Assembly (NCBI GenBank): GCA_937903605.1
Contig: CALCZC010000007.1
Location: 124,459-188,458 of the forward strand
Length of the DNA stretch: 64,000 nucleotides
DNA from: an uncultured bacterium
GTDB taxonomy: Bacteria; Patescibacteriota; Patescibacteriia; Magasanikbacterales; GWA2-37-8
Reading direction: 5' to 3'
The notes beneath the pieces were generated by a model that worked only from the letters and a program-made list of their open reading frames with translations, searched no databases and had not been told where the DNA came from. A program made the translations under genes and the position numbers. This document shows positions 31,169 to 41,786 of the stretch, piece after piece. Positions within the stretch are counted from its first letter, which is position 1; every line of letters starts with the position of its first letter.

Positions 31169-33751
31169 ATGAAAGATAAAAAAAGAATTCAACTTCGACG
31201 TTGCCACTTTTGCAACAAACCCGGACACAACAAAGCCACTTGCCCGGAATTTTTGGCTTTGCAAAAAAATACTAAAACTCAACCTCTTCAAAAAATAGAC
31301 AGAAAAGTTCGCATTTTTTACCATCCACCGGAACAAAAAAATTCCGATACTGTTTCCGTCCATTTACTCAATCTCAAAAAACAAAACAGTTATTGGCAAA
31401 AAACCGAAACCGCTTCTCCTGAAAATATTACTAATGAATGGGAAAAATTTTATGAAGACATAAAAAAAGAGAAACAAATTCCGGTTTATAAACCAGAAGA
31501 AGTGTTTATTTTACCAAAAAAAGAAAGATTGGTAGTGGCGGACAAACAAACAGAGGTGACAGACAAACAAACAAAAGAAAAAAACAAAGAGGAGCTCCTT
31601 AGTTTTGAAAAATTTATTGACGAAATAAAAAAAGAAAATAGTAAAAAATACCTGCAAAAAATACAAAAAATAAAATTACCCAAAAAAGAAACTACAAAAA
31701 AAGAAGTTAGTTATAATTTTCAATCTTTATTCTATTTTCCTTCACTAGAAAAAATAAATTGGCGAAAATCTTTATCCACAGCGATGATTGTTTTGACAAT
31801 TTTGGCCTTGCCTTTACAAACAAAAACTTTTTATAAAAATATTAAAGTTAGTACCGATAAAATAACCGCCAATAGTACCGAAGGATTTATGGCTTTGCAA
31901 GATTCTACCGCTGCTATTATAACTGCTGATTTGCCAAATGCCCAATATTCCATAACCGAAGCTTTAAACAAGTTTAACGAGGCTATCGAAGAAATCCAGG
32001 ATCATAAAATTTTACAAGCTATCGCTAAAAATGTGCCTTTGATTAAAAACGAAGTTCAAAGTCGTCAAAATATAGTCATGGCGGGACAAAAAATAGCTCT
32101 TGGTAACACGTATCTTATAAAAGGAATTACAGAAGCTAACAACACTGAATTATCGCCTTTGGATAGACTTAACACTCTCACAGAACATCTCAAATTTGCC
32201 GTACCCAACTACGAGCAAGCTTTTGATGATCTAGAGGGGGTTGATTTAAAAGTGTTGCCTTTTGAATATCAAGCACCTTTTAAGGATTTTAAATTTATTT
32301 TTAGCGGATTGCTTTATGATCTAAAAAATATTGCTGAGATTAGCCGAAATATCAATGAAATTTTTGGTGGTCACGGATCACGTCGTTATCTTTTAGTTTT
32401 TCAAAACGAAGCGGAATTACGTCCAACCGGCGGTTTTTTGGGTAGTTTCGCCGTTATGGAAATCAAAGATGGTAATATAACAAACTTAGAAATTCCCCCT
32501 GGCGGTTCTTATGATTTACAAGGTCAGCTTTCTGTATTAATCGAACCCCCTACGCCTTTGCTTTTATCCAATAAAAAATGGGAGTTTCAAGACGCTAACT
32601 GGTTCCCCGATTTTAAAACTTCAGCTGAAAAAATGCTTTGGTTTTATCGTCATAGTCGCAACATAACTCTTGATGGGGTTATAGCTATAAACTCTTCTGT
32701 TTTGACTAGGTTATTATCTTTAATCGGACCGATTTCAGACGAACAAAGAAACTTAGTTTTAAATGAAAAAAATATTTTATTTTCTTTACAAAAAGTGGTA
32801 GAGGAGGGAGAAGAAAAAGAACTAAACAAACCAAAACAAATATTATCGGATATTGGACCGCAAATTTTATCGTCTCTATTATCTTTACGTCCGGAAAATA
32901 CTCTACCCTTACTTTTTAACCTCAATGAAGCTTTGACTCAAAAAGAAATTCAGGCTTATTTTACCAGCCCTTCTACCCAAAAGGCTGTAGAATCTTTTAA
33001 TTGGGCGGGTAAAATTATACAAACCCCTGATGATCGAGATTACCTAATGGTTGTAAACACCAATATTCAAGGACAAAAAAGCGATTCTCAAATAAAACAA
33101 AGGATTCAACATCAGGCCCTTGTCCAAGAAGATGGTACGGTGCTCAATAGTGTGACTATCACCAAAACACACGAGGGTCAAGCGGGACAAAAATTTTACG
33201 GTCAAACAAATATTGATTATATCCGTATCTATGTTCCGGAAGGTTCACAGCTGATTTCCGCCCAAGGATTTACTTGGCCGGATGAAAAATATTTCCGCGC
33301 TCCGATCAAAGGCGCGACAAAAGATGAAGATTTGAAAAATATTGAACAGGAAATGGGTTTTGATGAAGCTTCCGGCACTAGAATTACCAATGAATTTGGA
33401 AAAACCGCTTTTGGAAATTGGCTTATCACCGAACCCGGATCTGTAAATACGGTACAATTTATCTACCGTTTACCTTTTCGTGTTTTCTCTCCGGAAAAAA
33501 ATCCAAACAAAAATAATATTTTTACTTCTATCTTAAATTCCGATAAAACTGTTTCTCAATACCAACTATTGGTTCAGAGACAGTCCGGGAGTCGCAGTAC
33601 TTTCGAATCTCAAGTGGTTTATCCGGCCGGTTTTGAATCTGTATGGAGTGATGGTGAAAATAGCAACTTGGCTCTAAATGGACATTTTGTCACGGAATCG
33701 CCGCTAAAAAAGGACAAAATTTGGAGTTTGATAATGGAAAAAAATAATTAA
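31169..33751 (+). CDS. DUF4012-domain membrane protein with N-terminal CCHC zinc knuckle
   Basis: RRYLLVFQNEAELRPTGGFLGS, DANWFPDF, DGVIAI (DUF4012 signature); N-terminal CHFCNKPGHNKATC. Confidence 0.82.
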   Translation: MKDKKRIQLRRCHFCNKPGHNKATCPEFLALQKNTKTQPLQKIDRKVRIFYHPPEQKNSDTVSVHLLNLKKQNSYWQKTETASPENITNEWEKFYEDIKKEKQIPVYKPEEVFILPKKERLVVADKQTEVTDKQTKEKNKEELLSFEKFIDEIKKENSKKYLQKIQKIKLPKKETTKKEVSYNFQSLFYFPSLEKINWRKSLSTAMIVLTILALPLQTKTFYKNIKVSTDKITANSTEGFMALQDSTAAIITADLPNAQYSITEALNKFNEAIEEIQDHKILQAIAKNVPLIKNEVQSRQNIVMAGQKIALGNTYLIKGITEANNTELSPLDRLNTLTEHLKFAVPNYEQAFDDLEGVDLKVLPFEYQAPFKDFKFIFSGLLYDLKNIAEISRNINEIFGGHGSRRYLLVFQNEAELRPTGGFLGSFAVMEIKDGNITNLEIPPGGSYDLQGQLSVLIEPPTPLLLSNKKWEFQDANWFPDFKTSAEKMLWFYRHSRNITLDGVIAINSSVLTRLLSLIGPISDEQRNLVLNEKNILFSLQKVVEEGEEKELNKPKQILSDIGPQILSSLLSLRPENTLPLLFNLNEALTQKEIQAYFTSPSTQKAVESFNWAGKIIQTPDDRDYLMVVNTNIQGQKSDSQIKQRIQHQALVQEDGTVLNSVTITKTHEGQAGQKFYGQTNIDYIRIYVPEGSQLISAQGFTWPDEKYFRAPIKGATKDEDLKNIEQEMGFDEASGTRITNEFGKTAFGNWLITEPGSVNTVQFIYRLPFRVFSPEKNPNKNNIFTSILNSDKTVSQYQLLVQRQSGSRSTFESQVVYPAGFESVWSDGENSNLALNGHFVTESPLKKDKIWSLIMEKNN

Positions 33752-33761
33752 ATTTATAATT

Positions 33762-35654
33762 ATGCCGGAGAAAAAAAATATCCTTGCTGCTTCTCGTCCC
33801 CAAAGAAAAAAACCGGATTATTTTGATAAAGAAATAGGTTCAGACAAACAAAAAGAAATAGCGGATAAAATCGCAAAAATTTATACCGACCAAGACGGTA
33901 AAATTCCGGAAATGCATAAAATAAAACTCAAGAACAAAAATCCCCTCCTCCGATTTGCCGTCTTTCTTCTCTTTTTAACTTCTTTGATGGCTTTTTTTTC
34001 TTGGGCTGGATTTCTTTATTTTCCACAAGGAGAAAAATTTTCCGAAGAAAAAATAAGTTTAATTATAGACGGACCTTCGCAAGTACAATTGGGCGGAACT
34101 AGTACTTATAAAATCATAATAAAAAATAACTTAAACGTTCCGTTAGAAAAAATGACGCTTAACACCAATTATCCGGACGGATTTGTCTTTTTACAAAGTG
34201 ATAAACCGGCGCAAAACCTGGGAAATACTGAATGGTCATTGCCGGATTTGGACGGTTTAAGTGAAGCAGAATTGATTATTACCGGAAAAACTTATGGTTC
34301 TTTGGAACAACAAGGCTCTTGGCGAGTTTTTCTTTCTTATCAACCAAGCAGTCTCAATTCCCAAATGCAAAAAATAGCAACCCTAAACACTCAGGTTTCT
34401 TTGACCCCATTTGTTCTCACCGCCAAAACTCCGGAAAAAGTGGCTTATGGTACTGAAACAGAAATTATTTATACTTTGGAAAATAAAAATGGTTATCTAC
34501 CAGAAAAAATGTATTTATCTTTGAAAATGCCGGAAAAGTTTTCTATTACTTCAAGTAGCCCGGCTCTGGATAAAGAAAACCGCTGGATCATAACCCCCAG
34601 CAGTACCGATTATTTCCCAAAAAATTTCAAAGTTAGCGGTCGTTTTACCGGAGAATTGGAAACACAAGAAACAATACAGGCTTTCTTGGAACTACCTATT
34701 TTGGCTGCTCGTCAAACCTATACTATCGGACAAATTGAAAATAAAATTTCTCTTTCAAGAACTGCTTATTTAATGGCTATGGCTGTCAATGGTAGTATAA
34801 GTGACTTAAGTGTTAAACCTGGAGATCCTTTGAACATTACTTTTAATTTTAAAAACGCCGGAAAAGAATCTTTAAAAAATGCTATTATTAAAATGAGGTT
34901 TGATGCCCCTTCTTATAATAAAAGTAGTATTTTGGATTGGTCAGAGCTCTCCGATATATTAGACGGTACCATTGTTGGTAAACAAGTAAGTGATACTATC
35001 CGTAACGGAACCATCACCTGGGATAAAAATAAATTAAAAGACTTAGCTGAAATAAAAACCAATCAAGAAGTGAATATGGATTTACGTCTTCCCATAAAAG
35101 ACAGTGGTAAAATATCACTCTCTGAATTAAAAGAATATGAAATTTCCATTTTGACTGAAATTTCTTTTGTTGATGAAAATAAAAATCAAAAAACTATTGC
35201 CGGTAGTCCTATAAAATTAACTCTTAATTCTGATTTTAGTTTTGAGAAAAGAGTTGTTGTAGCCCAAAACAACAACGGTAAAGATCAGCGAGATTTCACT
35301 TGGATTTTAAAAAATACTTTTCACCCGCTAAAAAATATAGAACTTTCCGCCGAGATCTACGGCGATGTTACTTTAACAACATCTACCATTCCGGCTGGCA
35401 AAATAACTTACGATTCTACAGAAAAAATCATCACTTGGACTATCGATGAAATGCCTGAAAATCTAGATATTTTGGCCTTACCGTTTACTTTGACAGTTAA
35501 CAAAAAGAATCCCACCCAACAAGTTCTTTTGTCTAAAATCAAAATTAAAGCTGAAGACACTGTTACCTCACAATTGATAACTTTCATGGGAAGCGAGACT
35601 CTCCTTTTTGAAGAAAAAATAGAAGAAGAGGAAGAAGATCCTTTTGCCAGATAA
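33762..35654 (+). CDS. Hypothetical membrane-anchored protein with beta-sandwich (Ig/DUF11-like) repeats
   Basis: One TM, then repeated beta-rich segments (TYKIIIKN...YPDGFVF...W; NITFNFKN; ITWTI). Confidence 0.7.
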   Translation: MPEKKNILAASRPQRKKPDYFDKEIGSDKQKEIADKIAKIYTDQDGKIPEMHKIKLKNKNPLLRFAVFLLFLTSLMAFFSWAGFLYFPQGEKFSEEKISLIIDGPSQVQLGGTSTYKIIIKNNLNVPLEKMTLNTNYPDGFVFLQSDKPAQNLGNTEWSLPDLDGLSEAELIITGKTYGSLEQQGSWRVFLSYQPSSLNSQMQKIATLNTQVSLTPFVLTAKTPEKVAYGTETEIIYTLENKNGYLPEKMYLSLKMPEKFSITSSSPALDKENRWIITPSSTDYFPKNFKVSGRFTGELETQETIQAFLELPILAARQTYTIGQIENKISLSRTAYLMAMAVNGSISDLSVKPGDPLNITFNFKNAGKESLKNAIIKMRFDAPSYNKSSILDWSELSDILDGTIVGKQVSDTIRNGTITWDKNKLKDLAEIKTNQEVNMDLRLPIKDSGKISLSELKEYEISILTEISFVDENKNQKTIAGSPIKLTLNSDFSFEKRVVVAQNNNGKDQRDFTWILKNTFHPLKNIELSAEIYGDVTLTTSTIPAGKITYDSTEKIITWTIDEMPENLDILALPFTLTVNKKNPTQQVLLSKIKIKAEDTVTSQLITFMGSETLLFEEKIEEEEEDPFAR

Positions 35655-35694
35655 AATAAATAAAAAAACAGACTCGACAACCGAGCCTGTTTTT

Positions 35695-36630
35695 TTATTT
35701 CAAAAATTCGTCTATTTTCTTTTCTGCCTGTTTCTCATTTTCTATCCAAACTATTTTTTCGTCTTTTTTGAACCACGTCATCTGTCGTTTGGCATAATGC
35801 CGAGTATCCATTTGAAGCCATTCTATCGCTTCCTCCAAAGTCATCTTACCCTCAATATAATCACGCATTTGTCTATAACCGATACCACTCATACTGGGCA
35901 ACTCCCAAGAATATTTTTGCGCTAACCTTTTAGCTTCTTGGATTAAACCGGCTTCAATCATTTTTTCACAACGCTTGTTTATTCTTTCGTATAAATTTTC
36001 TTTATCAACTTTTATCCCCAGCTGTAAAACATTAAAAAGAGACTTGCCTTTCTTTTGTTGTTTCAAAAACGATTCTCCGGTACTTAGCACCACTTCAAGC
36101 GCTCGAATAACCCGGCGCGGATTTTGTATGTCTATTTTTTCATAAGTTTCCGGATCAATTTCTTTGAGCATTTTGACCCTTTCCTCCAGACTTTTACTTT
36201 CTAATTCTCTGCGCAAAACCAAATCCGGTTCAACTCTCGGGATTTCCAGATTATCTACAATCGCTTTGATATAAAGACCGGTTCCACCGACCAAAAAAGG
36301 AATTTTTCCTTTTTTGATAATTTCTTTGATTGTTTTTTGAGCTTGATCTTTATAATCGCTGAGTGTAAAATTTTCATCCGGACTTATCATATCCAACAAA
36401 TAATGTTTAACCCCGTCAATAATATATTCATCCGTACTTGTCACTTGTAACTTGTCACTTGTAACTTTCAATGGCTTTGCCGTTGCAATATCCATTTCTT
36501 TATAAATTTGTCGAGAATCGGCATTGACTATTTCACCGTTAAATTTTTTGGCTAATACAATAGCCAAATCAGTTTTACCACTGGCGGTCGGACCGCAAAC
36601 AACGATTAATTTTGGAAGTTTATTTTTCAT
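35695..36630 (-). CDS. miaA: tRNA dimethylallyltransferase
   Basis: GPTASGKT, ADSRQIYKEMDIATAK, VGGTGLY, RRVIRALE, IGYRQ, TRHYAKRQMTWF. Confidence 0.96.
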   Translation of the reverse strand: MKNKLPKLIVVCGPTASGKTDLAIVLAKKFNGEIVNADSRQIYKEMDIATAKPLKVTSDKLQVTSTDEYIIDGVKHYLLDMISPDENFTLSDYKDQAQKTIKEIIKKGKIPFLVGGTGLYIKAIVDNLEIPRVEPDLVLRRELESKSLEERVKMLKEIDPETYEKIDIQNPRRVIRALEVVLSTGESFLKQQKKGKSLFNVLQLGIKVDKENLYERINKRCEKMIEAGLIQEAKRLAQKYSWELPSMSGIGYRQMRDYIEGKMTLEEAIEWLQMDTRHYAKRQMTWFKKDEKIVWIENEKQAEKKIDEFLK

Positions 36631-36697
36631 AATGATTACATTATACCAATTATATTTTTTTCGTCAAAAAACCGACCCTGTAGAAGGACCGGTTTTG

Positions 36698-37090
36698 TTA
36701 TTCTTTGTAAATACTGCTGAGAAAAATCGCTTCGGCATTGGTTGGGTCTTTTTCTTTGAGCATTTCCCATGCTTGCCGGCGATAATCTTCACAATGGCGG
36801 ATAATGAGCGACAGATTATCTCTGGTAGGAAAATCCATCAATAGGCGTTTGGCCGCTTTTTTACGCATTTCTTTGGGAGAATAACGCAAGATATGACGGA
36901 GCGAAATCTCATCACAATCTTCTCGTGATAAAATTTCTTCCGCCACTCTTCTAAGCTTGAAAATCAACTCATCGGATAAAGCGATCAGTTCATCTATAGA
37001 AAGATCGTTTATCGCGAGATCTCTTATTCGACTTTCAAAAATAGCAAACTTTTTCTTTCCTTTAGTAGCTTTTCTGATGATACTACCCAT
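36698..37090 (-). CDS. Hypothetical helical protein, boxA-cassette gene
   Basis: 130-aa ORF with promoter, GTACATTAAACAA and AAGGAG upstream and a hairpin terminator downstream. Confidence 0.72.
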   Translation of the reverse strand: MGSIIRKATKGKKKFAIFESRIRDLAINDLSIDELIALSDELIFKLRRVAEEILSREDCDEISLRHILRYSPKEMRKKAAKRLLMDFPTRDNLSLIIRHCEDYRRQAWEMLKEKDPTNAEAIFLSSIYKE

Positions 37091-37221
37091 GTTTTTTCTC
37101 CTTATTGTTTAATGTACTATCAAAACAGTAGCATAAAAAAACACTTTGGTCAACGACGCATCCTTGATTAAAAAGCGTCAAAAGAATATACTAAATTTAT
37201 AATTAATTTATCAAATAACTT

Positions 37222-37857
37222 ATGAGAAAAACATCTTTCTTCGTTTTACTTTTATCCGCATTTTTTATCGCCGGGTGTTTTAGACTAACAGTTGAAAAAC
37301 CCTATCCGCTACCGGGGGTTATAGAACAACAATATTATGAAACCGCGGATTTGAAAATAATCCTTTTGGAACCCTTTACAATAAAAGACGAGAATGGGAC
37401 CGTAACTCTTTCTCATACGGTAGAAACTTTTCTTCATACTGATTTTTGCGATTTCAAGGGCGATTCTCTGCCAACTACTACTTTTCACGACCTTACTATC
37501 AAATTTTCTTTTACTACTCTATCGCTTGATAGAGCTCTGACAAAATTTGGCGGAGAATATCTAAAAGAGTTTGTAAATACCGACGGCACTATAAAAGAAG
37601 AAACAGGATTTTTGGAAAAAACAAAAATCGGAGACCGCGAGGGATATAAACTGACACAAGGAGTTGAAGGGTGTGGCCACGACCAATATTATTTTTCAAC
37701 TGAAAACGGTGTTTTGATAGTTCAAAAAAACTTTGTTCCCGAACTAACCGACCTTAATCCGCAAAAAGAAAAATTTTCTTCTATCCCCGGGGTTATCTTG
37801 CCCGACGAGGCTAATGAATTGTTTGAAAAAACAGTGAGATTTACCGGGGTGAAATAA
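37222..37857 (+). CDS. Putative lipoprotein
   Basis: Signal peptide ending in lipobox FIAG-C. Confidence 0.72.
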   Translation: MRKTSFFVLLLSAFFIAGCFRLTVEKPYPLPGVIEQQYYETADLKIILLEPFTIKDENGTVTLSHTVETFLHTDFCDFKGDSLPTTTFHDLTIKFSFTTLSLDRALTKFGGEYLKEFVNTDGTIKEETGFLEKTKIGDREGYKLTQGVEGCGHDQYYFSTENGVLIVQKNFVPELTDLNPQKEKFSSIPGVILPDEANELFEKTVRFTGVK

Positions 37858-37881
37858 AAAAGGCCCTTTTCAGGGCCAAAA

Positions 37882-38745
37882 TCAATATTTATTATAGAAC
37901 TCTTTTAGCTTTGGATGGTATTCTGTTCCACCATTGTATTGAGTTCCACATTTTTGAATATTACTGGGCGACAGGGCCAAACATTCTTCGCTTTTTTTGT
38001 CTTTTTCAAGCCAATAAGCGATAAAAAGTTTAACACTGTTTTTAGGAGACAATATAACATCCCCTTCGCTCAGGCGTAAATTCATCCTGGCTGTAAAACC
38101 CGGATTGCCTTTTCCCATCAGAACATGAAAGTAGGAAAAGGAGTATGCTTTATACTTTTTTTCCCAACGATTTAAAGCATACACACCGAGCTCGCTTTCG
38201 GCCATGGCGTAGGCATAAGCAGATCTTTTAACGTCCTCTTTTGAGACGGTTTTCATAAATCCACTAAACCTTTTGCCATATTTGGGAGTTTTCTTCATTT
38301 CTTCTATGGCTTCATCAGTCTCAGCAAGAAATTTTTCTTTACTAGTAATCCTCTTACTTTTTTCTATCGGAATTGCCAATAAAAAACCCGGGTGTATGAC
38401 AGTGCCTGGGATATTGAATCCAAAAACACCTTGGTACTCCCTATAGTTCAGGTACTCAAACTTTGGGCCACAAGATTTTTTTATCTTGTCGACAATCGTT
38501 GTCAGATTGTCATTGTTCTGAACACGATAGAAAAAAATATCGTGTTTTTTCTCTTTTTTCAGAGAAAATTTTCCATTGCAGTCATGATATTCAAAGATAT
38601 CAATTTCCTTGGCTAATTCTTCATTCTGAATTTCCTCTTCAGCAGCCACCTCTTTTTCTCTTTTTTCTTTCACAACCTTCTGAATCGCAATAACTACCAA
38701 AACGATAGTTACAATGACGACTATTGCTTCAAAGCTTTTTCTCAT
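37882..38745 (-). CDS. Membrane-anchored LysM + lysozyme/SLT-like protein (putative peptidoglycan-lytic enzyme), boxA-cassette gene
   Basis: N-terminal TM; YRVQNNDNLTTI...IHPGFLLAIP (LysM-like); AMAESELG and QYNGG resemble SLT motifs I and III. Confidence 0.6.
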   Translation of the reverse strand: MRKSFEAIVVIVTIVLVVIAIQKVVKEKREKEVAAEEEIQNEELAKEIDIFEYHDCNGKFSLKKEKKHDIFFYRVQNNDNLTTIVDKIKKSCGPKFEYLNYREYQGVFGFNIPGTVIHPGFLLAIPIEKSKRITSKEKFLAETDEAIEEMKKTPKYGKRFSGFMKTVSKEDVKRSAYAYAMAESELGVYALNRWEKKYKAYSFSYFHVLMGKGNPGFTARMNLRLSEGDVILSPKNSVKLFIAYWLEKDKKSEECLALSPSNIQKCGTQYNGGTEYHPKLKEFYNKY

Positions 38746-38894
38746 GATACGCCTCCCTAAGCGTTATGTTATTAATGAACTAAAACGGTATATTATAACA
38801 TATTTTAACGATTTTGTCAATACCCTAATTTGGCTAAAATAAGCAAAAATAAAAAATCCCCGTCCAGGCTTTTTCAAGCTTGAACGGGGGTGTA

Positions 38895-39839
38895 TTAAAA
38901 GAGCGTTGGTAGTGCGTCTACGGCTGGGGTAAACCCCTTTGGCACTGACGGCACATACCGCACTTGGGTTTTCCTCTGTCGGAACCCCTCCTCCAAAGAC
39001 ACCTTGTTTTTCTTTGACAGTTTTACCGGACCATCAAAGTAGTCTTTGGCAGCCTGGACATCCTCTTCTTCAGTAGCCTTCTTCCAACTGTCATTCTCAC
39101 TTAAAAGATATGACAGATAAGAATTAAAGGTTGTTTCAGAAGTCGGGAAAAGTAGTCCCAGATAATTGACCGAACTAGATTGATCATATCTTATGACGGT
39201 ATAAATCTCTTCACTGGTCAGTCCTCTGGAGGGATTTTTCAAACCCACTTTTCCAGCCATTAGTGTGTAGTCCTTATCATCGGTTTTTATCCAAACCGCT
39301 TTTAAACCCCACACCGGCAGTCTGGAAACTTTTCCCTCTGCCACAACAACAAGGGTCATATACAGATCTTCTCCGGATGGAGATGCCCAATTCGGAATCT
39401 TTTCCGGTATGTTTTGGGTCTCGGTATATTCCCGGAGCCACATACCATGAAGCAAAGCCGTGTCTTTATATATCAAGACATCGTCTTTGTAAAACTCCGA
39501 TCTTCCTTGACCGGGGAAATTCACGAGTCGTTCACCAAAAATTTCCTTTTCGGTTACCGTCTCCGTGACTGAGCATTTTTCTTCATCAAAAGACATGGTG
39601 TGTCTCTCAAATCCGATTTTCTGCCCATCTACCCCGTTGATGATCTTCGTATAAACAGCCGATTGAGTGTCGACTTTTTTTACGAAGCCATCCTTGTCAG
39701 GAAGCTTGGTGACGATGTCACAGGTTTCCTGGACCACAACCACTTCTTCCTCAGCACCGTCGCTGAAAATGAAGTAAAGGGAAACAAGAATCAGCGCTAT
39801 CGCAACTACGATAAGCGCGCTTTTGGAATGCTTTTTCAT
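38895..39839 (-). CDS. Hypothetical membrane-anchored/secreted protein, boxA-cassette gene
   Basis: Start MKKHS at 39839 after AGGAGG; N-terminal hydrophobic anchor; visibly higher GC than neighbours. Confidence 0.75.
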   Translation of the reverse strand: MKKHSKSALIVVAIALILVSLYFIFSDGAEEEVVVVQETCDIVTKLPDKDGFVKKVDTQSAVYTKIINGVDGQKIGFERHTMSFDEEKCSVTETVTEKEIFGERLVNFPGQGRSEFYKDDVLIYKDTALLHGMWLREYTETQNIPEKIPNWASPSGEDLYMTLVVVAEGKVSRLPVWGLKAVWIKTDDKDYTLMAGKVGLKNPSRGLTSEEIYTVIRYDQSSSVNYLGLLFPTSETTFNSYLSYLLSENDSWKKATEEEDVQAAKDYFDGPVKLSKKNKVSLEEGFRQRKTQVRYVPSVPKGFTPAVDALPTLF

Positions 39840-40062
39840 GATTGCCCTCCTATAGGCAAAGTTAATAAATTTCCAAGGAACCAACGAAGCATTATATCAT
39901 ATTTTAATGATTTTGTCAACCCCTAAAATATCTTTTTGGCCAATATTAGCTAAAATATAATGTTTTTATCAAAATTTACTCTAATTTTAGGTAAAATATA
40001 ATTTGGATAAAAGTTGGCTAATATTAAATAAAAAACCGCGGACTGAGCCGCGGATTAACTTT

Positions 40063-40425
40063 TTAGCCATGGTGTTTTTCTATTACCTCCTCCAGGGCAT
40101 AGAAATTTTTATGCTTGGAAATAAAATCTTTGACTTTTTCGTCAAATTCTTTTTCCCCGCATTTATCAACTACAACTATCTCGTTTTTTTCATATTCGGA
40201 AAGAATCTTTTCTGCCATTTCCAAGGGTATGGTCTCCCCGCTTTTTAATTTAGGAAGCCCAAGCTGGTTCACGGCAAAAACCGGTTCAAAATTTTCTTTG
40301 ACATTTGAAAGATGAAAACGACCTTCCAAAACTTCAAAGAATTTTTTTCTTCCGGCTTGAAACCTATCTTCTTTCCAAAAACATTCGGTTCCGACCTCAA
40401 AAGTGATAAAAATTACTTTTGTCAT
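40063..40425 (-). CDS. Hypothetical protein, boxA-cassette gene
   Basis: 120-aa ORF with promoter, GTTCTTTTGATAA and AGGGGGTG upstream. Confidence 0.7.
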   Translation of the reverse strand: MTKVIFITFEVGTECFWKEDRFQAGRKKFFEVLEGRFHLSNVKENFEPVFAVNQLGLPKLKSGETIPLEMAEKILSEYEKNEIVVVDKCGEKEFDEKVKDFISKHKNFYALEEVIEKHHG

Positions 40426-40527
40426 TTGTCACCCCCTATGAAAAAATTTTTATCAAAAGAACAGACTACTAATTTACTCCTTCACAATATTTTTGTCAAA
40501 AACAAAGCCCCGACAAAATCGCGGGGC

Positions 40528-40917
40528 TTACAGCTCTTCACCTTCCATTTTCCCCTTAAAAATAGATTTCAACAGAAGTGTGGTTCTATTTTCAAAGTAG
40601 AAAATTTCTATTGGGTGATCATCCTCTCTCATGATGTCCGCCATAAAAAGAATTTTCTGGTTTATTTCCAGGGATTCATGAGCTTGGACAACTACACCAA
40701 CAATTTCCGGATTCCTATCTCGGAAATAATCTCCAAGAACCTTGGAAGGCGGAATGTCTGGAGGAAGATCGATGTGTCTGATAACAATTTCAATATCCTC
40801 CTTCACTCCAAACCTGGCTTTTATCCTTTCCAAAAAATACTTGATAAACTCGCGATATCGCGAACTATACCAAGTATTTGTCGGATCGGAAAAGGTAATC
40901 AGAATTAGCCTTCTCAT
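40528..40917 (-). CDS. Hypothetical protein, boxA-cassette gene
   Basis: 129-aa ORF with promoter, GTACATTAATAAT and AAGGAGG upstream. Confidence 0.7.
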   Translation of the reverse strand: MRRLILITFSDPTNTWYSSRYREFIKYFLERIKARFGVKEDIEIVIRHIDLPPDIPPSKVLGDYFRDRNPEIVGVVVQAHESLEINQKILFMADIMREDDHPIEIFYFENRTTLLLKSIFKGKMEGEEL

Positions 40918-41097
40918 CTTATCCTCCTTTTATTTTTATTATTAATGTACTAATTAAATTACATCATAATATAGCACAAAAAGCCAATTTTGTCAATCGG
41001 TCTTCGTCCGCCAGATAGCGGACTACGCCCGACAAGTCCTCTAAATAAAAAACCGCGGATTTTAACCGCGGAAGTAAAATCTATTTTGAAATAAACT

Positions 41098-41652
41098 TTA
41101 CATAAACTTTTTTGGCGGACCAATTATCTCTGACGCGCTTTCGCAAATTTTCTGAAACCCTATCTTTGCTTTTGTAATTTCTTTCTCATGTTTAGGAGAA
41201 TTGATCTTTTCTTCTTTTTCAGGAAAAATAACTTCTTCCCCTTCAAAATAACTTTTCCTGATCCCTGTAACTTTTACAAAACCTTTTTCGGTTTTATAAA
41301 GCATGGTGGCGTTTTCAGGAAACCGACTTACCTGTTTCCATATTTCTTCATCAATTTCCTTTTTACCACAAGCCATGATGAAAAAATCATCTGGCTCTTC
41401 TTTTTTGATGTTTTCCTCCAAAAGGGATTCTAAATGAAGATTCGGGTTTTTTATCCTTGCTTCGTCACTTGGAAATAAAGAGCCGATTGTCAGAATCTTT
41501 CTTTCTACATTATGATATTTCATAATACCATCATCACCAAGATTACAAATAAAATTGAACGATGTGCTTTTGACTACAACTTCATAAAATCCTTCGTCTT
41601 CAATGCTTTTCCCTTCAAAATACTCTCTAAAAAAAACAACGATTGCTTTCAT
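41098..41652 (-). CDS. Hypothetical protein, boxA-cassette gene
   Basis: 184-aa ORF with promoter, GATCTTTATCAAT and AAGGAG upstream. Confidence 0.7.
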   Translation of the reverse strand: MKAIVVFFREYFEGKSIEDEGFYEVVVKSTSFNFICNLGDDGIMKYHNVERKILTIGSLFPSDEARIKNPNLHLESLLEENIKKEEPDDFFIMACGKKEIDEEIWKQVSRFPENATMLYKTEKGFVKVTGIRKSYFEGEEVIFPEKEEKINSPKHEKEITKAKIGFQKICESASEIIGPPKKFM

Positions 41653-41786
41653 TTTCCTTCTCCTTTTTATATAAATTGATAAAGATCTACCTTTAAACTA
41701 ACATAAACAATCAAAAAAGTCAATTACCAAAACCCCGCCAAAAGCAGGGTTTTAATCTTTTAAATTTCTTGAATCTCTTAAATCTA

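Noticed and set aside
31540-31575. Short direct repeat GACAAACAAACA in the DUF4012 gene as a DGR or mobile signature
   Set aside because: It is a simple two-copy DKQT duplication in a low-complexity linker; no RT gene or adenine-specific TR/VR pair was seen.
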